A stretch of DNA of 58,497 nt from the sequence record SRR22947727_2297; one strand, given 5' to 3'. This document shows, piece by piece, positions 20,160-30,298 of this stretch; position 1 is the first letter of the stretch, and every line of letters starts with the position of its first letter. A program made the translations under genes and the position numbers. A model generated the notes under the pieces. It did no database searches. It was not told where the DNA came from and saw only the letters and a program-made list of their open reading frames with translations.

Positions 20160-20602
20160 ATGATGAAGACGATTGAAAAATTACCAAAACACAGGAGAAT
20201 TTTACTCGGCTCGCTCACCGTGGCGGTTGGAGCCCCGTCACTATCGGGATTCTGATTTCCTTCAATCCTAGAGGCCCCGATTTTTCATTGGTCGCCCAGA
20301 TTGTGGTACTAGGTGTGATTCTCAGCCTGATTGCGTTTGTGGTTGCTCGTTTGATTTTTAAAACGGAAACCGCTAAAACCCTCGCCGGATTTTTAGGCTC
20401 GGTGATTTTACTGATTAGCGGAGCGTTTCTAGGGGAGCTCGTTTTCGGCGATGTCGATAATTTGATCCCCTGGATTCCAATTGTCTTGTTTCTCGGAGCC
20501 ATTATTACATCACCGCTCATTGTCGGGTCATGGCTGGGGACCAAAATCATGTTCGCCAGCGAAAAAACAGCTACGGAGTCCACTTCCCAGACAAATCCCT
20601 GA
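20160..20602 (+). pseudogene. Small membrane protein, apparently frameshifted at the C-run 20233-20236
   Basis: ATG 20160 frame (MMKTIEKLPKHRRILLGSLTVAVGAP) stops at 20255; adding one C joins it to the hydrophobic frame ending at 20602. Confidence 0.55.
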
Positions 20603-20659
20603 TTTTATCTTTCAAGTCAGCATTCTTCCGTGTGGATTTTACGTCGCGAAAGAAGGGAG

Positions 20660-20728
20660 ACGAGCCGCAGTTCGGGCACCTGCCAATGACCCGAACTGCA
20701 GCTACCCCTCAACTCAGGACTTTCGATT
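20660..20728 (-). ncRNA. Candidate structured sRNA/terminator element, copy 1
   Basis: 69-nt repeat, 64/69 identical to 20804..20872; long GC hairpin followed by a pyrimidine tail on the minus strand. Confidence 0.5.
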
Positions 20729-20803
20729 AATCTTATCGAGGTCCTAATTTTTACTGACTACTCATGTCAAAAGTGATTGGGCTCGTTTCTTTTCTCAGAA
20801 GAA

Positions 20804-20872
20804 ACGAGCCGCAGTCCGGGCACCTGCCAATAACCCGAACTGCGGCTACCCCTCAACTCAGGGCTTGCGATT
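20804..20872 (-). ncRNA. Candidate structured sRNA/terminator element, copy 2 (3' UTR of OMP gene)
   Basis: Second copy, 144 nt from the first, starting 17 nt after the stop codon of 20890..21564. Confidence 0.5.
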
Positions 20873-20889
20873 GTGAACTTAGAATTTCT

Positions 20890-21564
20890 CTAAAAACTCA
20901 ACCGAAGTCCTAATCCGTACTGACTCACCTCGTTGGAATAATAGGCGCTGCCGAATGCACTTAACCGTGGAGTTATGTGCATGAGCGCCTTCAGATCCAG
21001 GCCGAAGTTGGTGTTATTGTCTATGTTTGTGATTGTGACGCCCCCATCGATCTCAAAGAGATCTCCGAGCATGAGTCGAAGACTCGGTGCCACGTAAAGT
21101 CCATGTCCGTCGATGGGATTATCGAGGATTCCTGATGCAAATTTTTCCCGCGCCAATCCGCCTTCAATCACCAGATCGAGGTTCGATTTCAGGGGAATAC
21201 CGATTCCGCCACCCAACTTCCAAGCGAGGTAGTCGAGGTCTTCACCATCAGATGTCTCTGGTGTGGCGTAGCTTAGAGATGCTTTCGCAAAGAGCGTCGA
21301 GGTAATAGGGAGCGAAAGCTCGCCGCCAAATCCAGTAGCCGAATCAACGCCGGCATCATCAAAATCGTAATTGAAATAGCCAAGATCCAGATAGTCGTAT
21401 GCAAAAATGGATTTGTTTTTAAATAATCTGCGAGAACTGCTCTCGGCGCCTGCCCCGTCTTCATTATATCCCCAATCCTGTCCATGCGCTGTCGAAAGCG
21501 AAAAACCTGAAGCGGCAATCGCAATCGCAGCAATAGTTGTGGGAAGAGATGACAGGGGATTCAT
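20890..21564 (-). CDS. Outer-membrane beta-barrel protein (Ax21/OMP-like)
   Basis: Signal peptide, YDYLDLGY first strand, alternating beta pattern, C-terminal YGLGLRLSF. Confidence 0.8.
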   Translation of the reverse strand: MNPLSSLPTTIAAIAIAASGFSLSTAHGQDWGYNEDGAGAESSSRRLFKNKSIFAYDYLDLGYFNYDFDDAGVDSATGFGGELSLPITSTLFAKASLSYATPETSDGEDLDYLAWKLGGGIGIPLKSNLDLVIEGGLAREKFASGILDNPIDGHGLYVAPSLRLMLGDLFEIDGGVTITNIDNNTNFGLDLKALMHITPRLSAFGSAYYSNEVSQYGLGLRLSF

Positions 21565-21695
21565 TAATTGATTGGCTCCATGACAACCGGCATTGGTTGA
21601 TGGTTAAAGTTACCCAACTATTTATGAGTCGCAACTATCTTTTTTAAAAAAACTTCACTTTTTGCGTATTATTTTTGAGAATTTTTAAAAATTAC

Positions 21696-22253
21696 TCATT
21701 TTGTCGCAATTTTTTGATATCGAGTCGCTGACTGATAGACGAGTTCCCTCTTCAGATTGCGGACTCGGGACTCGATCACGATGTCATCGTCCTCGAAATA
21801 GATATCGATTGTCATGTCGATCCCTTTTTGCCCCTTGATGGGATGAAGTTGGACGCGCTTACCATCTGAGATGATCTTTACGCCGAGTTCGCCTTTGGCA
21901 TCAGCCCCCATTTCGTAGGACGCAGTGATTTTATCGCGATTTCCATTGAAGTTGAAGTTCCACGTGTATGCCAACTCTTTGCCGTTCCGTTTGATCACGC
22001 CCGCCATCTCGAAGGTCTGATTTCCCTTTTTAAACTCCGATTTCCAATAGTCGCGAAACGTTTGCGGCTCCTGAAGCTCATCCTCTTCGATATCAAAGCC
22101 AACACCGCCGCCCTCCCAAGTGCCTTCAGCTTTGGCAAGCACCTCGATATCACCGAGCGATTTGATCGGTTTTTGGGCTTGAGAGAAAACAGAAGATGCA
22201 AGAATAACAGCCAAGACAGCTGCACATCGAAAAAAGAAGGCGCTCCGATTCAT
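21696..22253 (-). CDS. Secreted hypothetical protein (beta-rich, lipocalin-like possible)
   Basis: Signal peptide, EGTWEG near the N-terminus. Confidence 0.7.
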   Translation of the reverse strand: MNRSAFFFRCAAVLAVILASSVFSQAQKPIKSLGDIEVLAKAEGTWEGGGVGFDIEEDELQEPQTFRDYWKSEFKKGNQTFEMAGVIKRNGKELAYTWNFNFNGNRDKITASYEMGADAKGELGVKIISDGKRVQLHPIKGQKGIDMTIDIYFEDDDIVIESRVRNLKRELVYQSATRYQKIATK

Positions 22254-22400
22254 CCTTCGATCATAGCATTTGGGGTTTCGAGAACGAAGCGTAATCCCCG
22301 ATGGTGAGGTGATTCAGGACTCGTCACGAACCTCTGCGGGACTTGGTTGGGCATCCCGCTTGCCGATGCTGGTATAATTTTTCTTAACAAATCTCAAGAA

Positions 22401-22411
22401 ATGAGTCTCAT
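22401..22411. promoter_or_regulatory. Palindrome ATGAG-T-CTCAT upstream of the TonB receptor (possible metal-regulator box)
   Basis: Perfect 5-1-5 palindrome in an AT-rich region about 100 nt upstream of ATG 22510. Confidence 0.3.
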
Positions 22412-22509
22412 CGAAACAATCTCTTACAAAATGTAGAATTAATCCTTGCACTACTCCTAAAAAAACATATCAATCAATCAGGATTTGTTTATATGAATCT
22501 AAGTTGAAC

Positions 22510-24414
22510 ATGAAACTCACTTACAAACTAGTCCTCGCTGCGTCCTTCGCAGCGATTTCAATCGGCTACGCTCAAGAAGAAGACGCTGCTTTTGCAGATG
22601 CGCTCATTCTTGATGACGATAACATCGCGACACTCGACATCACGACAGTGGTGGCGACGAAGACTCCCAAAAACATCAATGATGTTCTGCCTTCTGTTGA
22701 TACCATCTCGGAGCAGCACATGTCATCGCATCAATTTCGTCAAGTCGATGACGTATTGAGCTATCTTCCCGGTGTCTCCGTGGTCCAAGCGGGTCAGACA
22801 GGGGGCGTGACTTCGCTTTTTGTGCGGGGTCAGGAATCCAACCATGTTGTAGTTACTCTAAACGGTCGTCGCCTTGCTCCCGGTTTGGCTGGCCTCTACA
22901 ATCTTGAGCTGATCGACACGACGTTTCTTGATTCCGTTCAGCTTCAGCGTGGTCCTGTAAGTTCGCTTTATGGCTCCGATGCGCTTGCGGGTGTTCTCGA
23001 TCTCCGTATGAAAGACGCTCGTAAGCTCCAGGGCACTTCACTGAATGCCTACACAGAGTCCGGAAGTTTTGATACCAATCGCAGCGGCGGTCAGATCACT
23101 GCAAAAGAAGGTGCGCTCGGCGTTGTTTTCGACATCAACAAAACTGAGACCTCAAATGACCGGCTTCAAAATGACTTCGAAAACGTGAACATCCGTTCAA
23201 ACGTCGCCCTGGAAATCGCCGACCGTACCTGGATCGATCTTCTTGCAACTTATCAGGATTCGGATCTGCAGGTTCCGGGATCAAGCCTCAGCACGTTTTT
23301 CCCTGAGTCACAGATCAACGAAAACGAGTCTTACCTTTTCTCTCCGCGCTTCACAATGGAGCGTGATGATTGGGATTTGTCTGCTTACTATAGCCACACC
23401 GCCAACGAGCTTGTTGCCACTCAGTCTGTGTTTTTGCAGGACAACGTTCTCGACCAGACTGGAAATGAAGTCGAAGCGCAGTTGAATATTCACCCAACCG
23501 ACGACGCAACTTTTACGCTCGGCGGTGGCTGGTATGAATATGAATTCGTTCGCGATCCATTGACCCCCGGACCGTTTAATACAGCATCAGAAAAAAAATT
23601 CTCTTACGGTAGCGTTTTTGCACAGGCTGACATTGATTTGCCAGCAAACTTCAATTTGCTCGCTTCAATTCGTCACGACGAGCACGACTCGTTCGAAAGC
23701 AAGTCGACGTATTCCGCTCAACTCATTAAAACAGTTGAAGCAACCAACACGCAATTTTTTGGGAAATACGCAACGGGCTACAAAGCCCCAAGCGGCCAGG
23801 ACTTCATTTTCCTCGACCCATCCGTTGATCCAAATTTAATCGCTCCAGAGGAAAGTGCTTCATGGGAAGCGGGAATTCGCCAGTTCTTTCCTGAGAACAC
23901 CGGAAACATCGCGGTGACTTACTTCAACGCAGACATTACCAACCTTGTAGATTCAATCGGCTTCCCGGCCTTCCCTGCAATTGTGGATACGGAGACTCAA
24001 GGCATCGAAGTTGAGGGCGTATTGACTCCAATCGACGGAGTTAAGCTGTATGCAAATTACACCTGGCTTGATGCAATTGTCAGCGACGGTCAATACTTCG
24101 GCGGATTCGCAGGTCAGCCTGGCGACACCCTTCCACGTCGCCCCGAGCACACCTTCGCTGCCGGTATCACACTCAGCCCGATTCAGAGCTGGGACATCGG
24201 CGCTGAAGTTCGCGGGGCAGACACCCGCCTTGATAACCCCGGCGTATTCCTGAACGACTATTCCGTTCTTCGGATCTTCACCAGTTATCGCCTCACCGAA
24301 AACATCGAGCTTTTCGGACGAGTTGAAAATGTTCTCGACGAAGATTACGAGAGCACGACGGGTTATGCAGCTCCAAGCACCGCAGCATTTGGCGGCGCAC
24401 GAATTCGGTTCTAG
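22510..24414 (+). CDS. TonB-dependent receptor, BtuB-like (probable cobalamin uptake)
   Basis: Plug motifs (LPGVSV, SLFVRGQESNHVVVTLNG, RGPVSSLYGSDALAGV), RVENVLDEDY, C-terminal Phe; adjacent to metH. Confidence 0.85.
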   Translation: MKLTYKLVLAASFAAISIGYAQEEDAAFADALILDDDNIATLDITTVVATKTPKNINDVLPSVDTISEQHMSSHQFRQVDDVLSYLPGVSVVQAGQTGGVTSLFVRGQESNHVVVTLNGRRLAPGLAGLYNLELIDTTFLDSVQLQRGPVSSLYGSDALAGVLDLRMKDARKLQGTSLNAYTESGSFDTNRSGGQITAKEGALGVVFDINKTETSNDRLQNDFENVNIRSNVALEIADRTWIDLLATYQDSDLQVPGSSLSTFFPESQINENESYLFSPRFTMERDDWDLSAYYSHTANELVATQSVFLQDNVLDQTGNEVEAQLNIHPTDDATFTLGGGWYEYEFVRDPLTPGPFNTASEKKFSYGSVFAQADIDLPANFNLLASIRHDEHDSFESKSTYSAQLIKTVEATNTQFFGKYATGYKAPSGQDFIFLDPSVDPNLIAPEESASWEAGIRQFFPENTGNIAVTYFNADITNLVDSIGFPAFPAIVDTETQGIEVEGVLTPIDGVKLYANYTWLDAIVSDGQYFGGFAGQPGDTLPRRPEHTFAAGITLSPIQSWDIGAEVRGADTRLDNPGVFLNDYSVLRIFTSYRLTENIELFGRVENVLDEDYESTTGYAAPSTAAFGGARIRF

Positions 24415-24427
24415 TTCTAAAGTTTTA

Positions 24428-24472
24428 CGATCAAACAGGTTCTGATCGCTGTTTACGGACCCTGTTACTTCG
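24428..24472. repeat. 21-bp palindromic repeat array (2 units, the second degenerate and offset)
   Basis: cgatcaaa-caggt-tctgatcg ... ttacgga-ccctg-ttacttcg. Confidence 0.55.
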
Positions 24473-24501
24473 AAAACCGGCACCGACGATGCCGGTTTTT
24501 T
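24473..24501 (+). terminator. Intrinsic terminator after the TonB receptor
   Basis: AAAACCGGCA-ccgacga-TGCCGGTTTTTT. Confidence 0.85.
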
Positions 24502-24607
24502 CGTCTTTCAAACCTTTCGAAACCACTGCTGATTTTTCAGAAATTCCGCCATTGCTTCGTTGCGATCGTATCGGATTCCACGAAGTTTAACATACCAATT
24601 TATTCCC

Positions 24608-27600
24608 ATGTCAGACCTCACTCAGGAACTCACCACTGAATTAAAAAAACGCATCCTCGTTCTCGATGGGGCGATGGGAACGACGATCCGTGGCTACGGG
24701 CTAACCGAGGACGATGCGCGGGGAAAACGATTTGCGGATAACGAAAAGGATTTGTTGAACAACGGCGACATTCTTTCGATCACTCGCCCCGATATCATCG
24801 GCGACATTCATAAACGCTTCCTCGAAGCGGGTTCGGATATCATTGAGACGAACACCTTCTCAGCAACGACGTTGGCGCAGTCAGAATTTTTTGTGGAAGA
24901 TCCCCGCGAAAAAGGGCTGGGACGAAAAGACCCCGAGTTTTTTCACGACAAGGTCTGCGAAAATCAATTTCTCAAAGATCTTGCTTGGGAAATCAATGTG
25001 GAATCGGCTCGCCAATGCCGTGAGTGGGCTGACAAAATCGGCTCAGACACCGGACGAAAACGCTATGTCGCGGGTGCGATCGGGCCAATGACGGTTTCGT
25101 TGACGAACTCACCGGATGCGGAAGACCCCGGTTTCCGCGTGGTGAATTTTGATCAGGTCCGCGATGCCTACAAACATCAAATCCGCGCGCTCATCGAAGG
25201 CGGATCGGACATCATGATGGTCGAAACCATCTTTGACTCGCTGAACGCCAAGGCCGCTCTTGTTGCGCTGAATGAAGTTTACGCGGAAGACGGCAAGGAA
25301 TATCCAATCATCGTCTCAGCTGCGGTGGGTCTTGGAGGCGAAACCATGATCTCCGCCCAAAAAGTCGAAGCGATGTGGAATGCGATTGCCCACGTCAAAC
25401 CGCTTGCCGTTGGACTCAACTGTTCACTTGGGCCCGATTTGATTGAACCTCACCTCCGCGAGCTTGCCAAGGTTTCGGAGACGTTTGTTTCGGTTTATCC
25501 AAATGCAGGATTGCCAAATCCGCTTGCGCCAACTGGTTTCGATTTGGAGCCGGACGATATGGAGAAATACCTGGGAGACTTCGCCAATGACGGTCTGGTG
25601 AACTTGATCGGCGGGTGTTGCGGAAATACTCCTGAGCACGTTGCCGCGATCGCAAAAGTCGCTGAAAATTTTGCTCCGCGCGAGGTTCCAACTTCGCCGC
25701 CAGCGATGCGATTGAGCGGATCGGAAGCATTTAACCAAACACCCGAGAAGAATTTCCTGATGGTCGGCGAACGGACCAATGTCGCGGGATCACCCCGATT
25801 CAAAAAGCTCATCAAAGAGGACAAGCTCGAAGATGCCGTCGCGATCGCCCGCCAGCAAGTCGAAGGCGGCGCTCCGGTTATCGATATATGCATGGACGAA
25901 GGGATGATCGATGGCGTCCCGACGATGACTCGTTTTTTAAACCTGCTTGCAGGTGAGCCGGACGTCGCAGCCGTGCCGATCATGGTGGATTCCTCGAAGT
26001 GGGAAATTATCGAAGCCGGTCTCAAATGCATTCAGGGTAAAGGAATCGTGAACTCGATTTCACTGAAAGAGGGCGAAGATATTTTTCGCGAACACGCGCG
26101 GAAAGTCATGAAATACGGTGCCGCCGTTGTGGTCATGGCGTTCGATGAAAAAGGCCAGGCTGACAGTTACGAACGTAAAATTCAGATCTGCGAACGTGCT
26201 TATCGAATCCTCGTCGATGAAGTTGGCTTCAATCAGAACGACATCATTTTTGATCCGAACATTCTCACCGTGGCGACGGGAATGGATGAGCACAACAACT
26301 ACGCGGTCGATTTCATTGAAGCGACGCGATGGATCAAGGCAAACCTGCCCGGCGCAAAAGTCAGCGGCGGAGTTTCCAATATTTCATTCAGCTTTCGCGG
26401 CAACAACGTGGTCCGCGAAGCAATGCATGCCGCATTTCTTTACCACGCCGGCAAAGCAGGCATGGACATGGGAATCGTAAACCCGGGAATGCTCGAGGTT
26501 TACGACGAAGTGAAACCGGACCTTCTTAAACTGGTCGAAGACGTTCTTTTAAACAAGAATCCCGAAGCGACCGAAGCGCTGATTGATTACGCCGAAGAAC
26601 TTAAAGCGGCCGGTGAACACACCAGCGGCTCAAAGTCGACCGGACCGGATTTATCGTGGCGTGAAAACGATGTTCAAGCTCGGATGACGCATGCACTGGT
26701 GAAAGGAATCACAGACTTCATCGAAGACGATACTGAAGAAGCGCGGCAGGCTCTCGGTAAACCACTCAACGTGATCGAAGGCCCTCTCATGGAAGGAATG
26801 AAAGTGGTTGGAAAACTTTTTGGTGACGGAAAAATGTTTCTGCCACAGGTGGTGAAAAGCGCGCGCGTCATGAAAAAGGCGGTTGCGTATTTAGAGCCGT
26901 TCATGCTTGCTGAGAAAGGCGATGATGAGGACGATGGCGCTCCGACCTTTGTCATCGCGACCGTAAAAGGTGACGTTCATGACATCGGCAAAAATATCGT
27001 AGGCGTTGTCCTCGGCTGTAACGGCTACAAAGTGATTGATCTCGGCGTCATGGTCGATTGCGACAAAATCATGGCCGCTGCCAAAGAGCACGGCGCGGAT
27101 ATTGTCGGCATGTCCGGGCTGATCACGCCATCGCTCGATGAAATGATTTCGAACGCGAAAGAGTTCGAAAAACAGGGATGGAAAGTTCCACTGCTTGTCG
27201 GCGGTGCTACGACAAGCCGGGCACATACCGCGATCAAAATCAGCCAGTATTACTCAGAACCCATCGTTCACGTCGGTGACGCGTCGTTGGTGGTTGGGGT
27301 TTGCAATTCCCTGCTTTCAGATAATCTCCGCGAAGACTTCATCACAAATTATCGCGCAACAGAACAAAAAGATCGCGACCTTCATGCAGGAAAGGGATCA
27401 ACCGCCGTCTACGTTCCGTTTGAAGAAGCCAAGCGCCAGAAATACGATGTCGATTGGCAAGCAGCTAGCATCGCAACACCGGAGTTCATCGGCAAACAAG
27501 TGTGGGATCCCGTTCCGCTTCAGGAAATTGTCCATGTGTTTGATTGGAGTCCGTTTTTCCATGCATGGGAGATGCGCGGCGTTTTCCCGAAAATCCTCCA

Positions 27601-28384
27601 GCACAAAAATCACGGCGAAGAAGCCACCAAACTCTACAACGACGCGAAGCGAATTCTCAAAGACCTCGTCGAAAACAATCGAGTTCACGCCCGAGTGGTT
27701 TGGGGAATCTGGCCCGCGCATTCCACTGGAGAAGACGTCGACCTTTTCGCTGATGAAGCAAAAACAGAGAAGCTCACGACCTTTCATTTTCTTCGTCAGC
27801 AGAAAGAAAAGGTGAAAAAGGGAAATCCATTCCAAAGCCTCGCCGACTTTGTGGCCCCCGCCGATTCAGGTCGTGCTGATTACCTCGGCGCGTTTGCTGT
27901 GACCGCCGGAAACGAAGTTGAAGAATATGCCAAGACGTTCAAAGACGCGGGCGACGATTACACAGCGATTATGATTCAGGCTCTGGCCGATCGATTTGCT
28001 GAAGGCCTGGCCGAATTGCTTCACAAAAAGGCCCGAGATTTCATGGGCTTTGGAATCAACGAAGGTCTCGGCGTCGAAGATTACGTCAAAGAACGCTACC
28101 GCGGAATCCGCCCGGCAGCCGGTTACCCCGCCTGCCCTGAACACACCGAAAAAGCTGCGTTATGGGATTTGCTCGATGTTGAAAAAACGGTCGGCATGGA
28201 ACTCACCACGAACTACGCGATGTTCCCGCCATCATCCGTCAGCGGATTGTATTTCTTCAACGAAGCCGCTCGGTATTTCAACGTCGGTAAAATCGAACGC
28301 GACCAGTTGGAAAACTATTGCGCTCGCAAAGGCATGACGATCGAACAGGGCGAGAAGTGGTTGGCTCCCAATTTGGCGGATTGA
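24608..28384 (+). CDS. metH: Cobalamin-dependent methionine synthase
   Basis: [60 protein letters not shown]; start at ATG 24608. Confidence 0.98.
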   Translation: MSDLTQELTTELKKRILVLDGAMGTTIRGYGLTEDDARGKRFADNEKDLLNNGDILSITRPDIIGDIHKRFLEAGSDIIETNTFSATTLAQSEFFVEDPREKGLGRKDPEFFHDKVCENQFLKDLAWEINVESARQCREWADKIGSDTGRKRYVAGAIGPMTVSLTNSPDAEDPGFRVVNFDQVRDAYKHQIRALIEGGSDIMMVETIFDSLNAKAALVALNEVYAEDGKEYPIIVSAAVGLGGETMISAQKVEAMWNAIAHVKPLAVGLNCSLGPDLIEPHLRELAKVSETFVSVYPNAGLPNPLAPTGFDLEPDDMEKYLGDFANDGLVNLIGGCCGNTPEHVAAIAKVAENFAPREVPTSPPAMRLSGSEAFNQTPEKNFLMVGERTNVAGSPRFKKLIKEDKLEDAVAIARQQVEGGAPVIDICMDEGMIDGVPTMTRFLNLLAGEPDVAAVPIMVDSSKWEIIEAGLKCIQGKGIVNSISLKEGEDIFREHARKVMKYGAAVVVMAFDEKGQADSYERKIQICERAYRILVDEVGFNQNDIIFDPNILTVATGMDEHNNYAVDFIEATRWIKANLPGAKVSGGVSNISFSFRGNNVVREAMHAAFLYHAGKAGMDMGIVNPGMLEVYDEVKPDLLKLVEDVLLNKNPEATEALIDYAEELKAAGEHTSGSKSTGPDLSWRENDVQARMTHALVKGITDFIEDDTEEARQALGKPLNVIEGPLMEGMKVVGKLFGDGKMFLPQVVKSARVMKKAVAYLEPFMLAEKGDDEDDGAPTFVIATVKGDVHDIGKNIVGVVLGCNGYKVIDLGVMVDCDKIMAAAKEHGADIVGMSGLITPSLDEMISNAKEFEKQGWKVPLLVGGATTSRAHTAIKISQYYSEPIVHVGDASLVVGVCNSLLSDNLREDFITNYRATEQKDRDLHAGKGSTAVYVPFEEAKRQKYDVDWQAASIATPEFIGKQVWDPVPLQEIVHVFDWSPFFHAWEMRGVFPKILQHKNHGEEATKLYNDAKRILKDLVENNRVHARVVWGIWPAHSTGEDVDLFADEAKTEKLTTFHFLRQQKEKVKKGNPFQSLADFVAPADSGRADYLGAFAVTAGNEVEEYAKTFKDAGDDYTAIMIQALADRFAEGLAELLHKKARDFMGFGINEGLGVEDYVKERYRGIRPAAGYPACPEHTEKAALWDLLDVEKTVGMELTTNYAMFPPSSVSGLYFFNEAARYFNVGKIERDQLENYCARKGMTIEQGEKWLAPNLAD

Positions 28385-28452
28385 TTTGGCTTACAAGTTA
28401 CTTACATCAATCAGTTTGATACGATCATTCATTCACGCATACTGATTAGCTA

Positions 28453-28863
28453 ATGAAACTCGCAAATAACACAATGGTCATCGCAATTTTGACGGCTCTT
28501 CTATTCTCCTGCGCTGAAAGTGGCACGAAATCCACCGATACTCCTTCTGAATTAGCTACCATCTCGGTGGACATCTTTAATCCACCGAAAGGTTTGAAGG
28601 TCATCACTGGACTCGAAGTTCCTGAAAACTCAAAGGAACCGGTTGCCATTTTTTTTGAAAACCCTTCTCCTTCATCGAACGAATTAGGAATCGATTGGGC
28701 GGTAATAGGAAAGCTAAGCATTGCCAATTCCTCTGGAGTTCGAGAACTTCAACTGTTCAATGGCAACGATGTAGTTCTTTTTACTGAGAACGGGGCGTGG
28801 TACGAAGCAGGCAAATTGGAGGACTTTGTAACCCTCATAAGTGAAATGATTTCGAAGAAGTAA
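28453..28863 (+). CDS. Putative lipoprotein
   Basis: Signal peptide with lipobox-like LFSC. Confidence 0.65.
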   Translation: MKLANNTMVIAILTALLFSCAESGTKSTDTPSELATISVDIFNPPKGLKVITGLEVPENSKEPVAIFFENPSPSSNELGIDWAVIGKLSIANSSGVRELQLFNGNDVVLFTENGAWYEAGKLEDFVTLISEMISKK

Positions 28864-28912
28864 GCTTTTGACGCTTTAGAAACCTCCAAACAAATCGCTC
28901 GCCCCTTATAAC

Positions 28913-28955
28913 TGATCAATCAGGGTACATTCGATGAATCAACCGTGTTGGGGCG
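28913..28955. repeat. 21-bp palindromic repeat array (2 units)
   Basis: tgatcaat-caggg-tacattcg a tgaatcaa-ccgtg-ttggggcg between convergent genes. Confidence 0.55.
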
Positions 28956-28966
28956 TGGAAGGCCAT

Positions 28967-29752
28967 TCAAACATCCGCGTCTTGGATTCTGCGGACAAGA
29001 CCTTTGACGCGCTGGGCATCCCACACGTCATCGAAGGCGACTTCAACATCTTGTCCGCCAGAGGATGCAAATTCGACTCGGCCAACACCGATCATTCCCA
29101 AAAATCCGGTTCGGACGACATTGATGGTTCGGATGTCGTCGATCCGGACTTCGTTGGAGCTTTTTGCGAAGAGCCCTTTCACAATTTCGACTCGGCGCGG
29201 GGTGATGAGATAGAGCTTGGCTGTTCGCTCTAAAACGATGTAGGAAATCGCGATGAGGGCAAAAATTAATCCAACTAACAGGATCCAGCCGCTTGTTTCC
29301 CGAAACCAAATTCCCAGGCCCAGCGAAACGAGGATGATGAACAGCGATTTCGGGAAACTGAGGAGCGACTGATGCCCTGCATAAAGAATTAAAGTGGGAT
29401 CTTTTGGTGGAGCATGAGGTGAAATTTCAATTTCCTCAGGAACTTCAGGCTCGGGCTCGCCTTCCTCCATCCGCTCCACTTCCCCGGGTTCAATCTTTTC
29501 CCGAACGGAAATGATTGGCTCGGGTGATGGCCTGATTTCTCCGACCGCTAACTCTGGAGGTGCCTCATCTTCATCCCAATCGAGAACTTCGTGAACGCGT
29601 TCGCACTCGCTGGAAAAATCACGCAAACACACATCCTCGTATTCAATTTCGCCGCGATCAACGCGTTCCAGTAATTCCTCCCGTGAATATGGCCCGAGAC
29701 GTCGGCCGTCCTTCAAGACGTAGACCTCGTCGTTATCGGCCAATCCACTCAT
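28967..29752 (-). CDS. GYF_2 (DUF4339)-like + bacterial PH (bPH_2) domain membrane protein
   Basis: N-terminal YVLKDGRRLGPYS, acidic linker, two TM helices, YLITPRRVEIVKGLF...GVGRVEF PH-like domain; start at ATG 29752. Confidence 0.78.
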   Translation of the reverse strand: MSGLADNDEVYVLKDGRRLGPYSREELLERVDRGEIEYEDVCLRDFSSECERVHEVLDWDEDEAPPELAVGEIRPSPEPIISVREKIEPGEVERMEEGEPEPEVPEEIEISPHAPPKDPTLILYAGHQSLLSFPKSLFIILVSLGLGIWFRETSGWILLVGLIFALIAISYIVLERTAKLYLITPRRVEIVKGLFAKSSNEVRIDDIRTINVVRTGFLGMIGVGRVEFASSGGQDVEVAFDDVWDAQRVKGLVRRIQDADV

Positions 29753-29756
29753 CAGA

Positions 29757-30263
29757 TCAGGAATTTTCCTCAGGTGGTTGAGGAAGCAAGTCTTCACGAT
29801 TGAGAAGCCCTGGAATATCAAGCCCGGCCAATTCGGCACCTTCGGTCGTCAGAATCATCGACAGTATCGGTGCAATTCGATCCATTTCCGAAACAGTCGT
29901 GTGAACGAGGCCTTTGATAATCTCAGGATTGCCTTGTGGAGTGGGGAAGAGGTTCGTTGCCCTAAAAACCAGGACCCCCAATTCCCAACGCATTTCAAAA
30001 TTTCCAACGGTCAGCATCTCGTTGCAACGCATCGCCAGTTCAGCCAAGCGCTCGCGACGAGCCGGTTCTTTGGTTCCGGTTGAATATTCGGAAACAACGG
30101 AAATGGCGCTCAACTCAGGGAATGCCTGAATGTGCATGTTCACCCGGGTATGATGGGCTTCAAACCCGACCTGAATGACTTCGTGGCCTTCGACTTCGGC
30201 GTACTGCCATTTTTCAGCGGTGAAGGTGTTGCAGATCGTTTGATAGAGTTCGGATGGAGGCAT
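29757..30263 (-). CDS. YbjN-like domain protein
   Basis: RLAELAMRCNEMLTVGNFEM pattern; start at ATG 30263. Confidence 0.6.
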   Translation of the reverse strand: MPPSELYQTICNTFTAEKWQYAEVEGHEVIQVGFEAHHTRVNMHIQAFPELSAISVVSEYSTGTKEPARRERLAELAMRCNEMLTVGNFEMRWELGVLVFRATNLFPTPQGNPEIIKGLVHTTVSEMDRIAPILSMILTTEGAELAGLDIPGLLNREDLLPQPPEENS

Positions 30264-30298
30264 GACTTTTTCAGAAGATGGAGCATTCCGCGCCGGCC

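Noticed and set aside
22270-22372. GC-rich multi-hairpin stretch as a riboswitch
   Set aside because: I could not match conserved motifs of cobalamin, SAM or TPP riboswitches on either strand, and the stems are short
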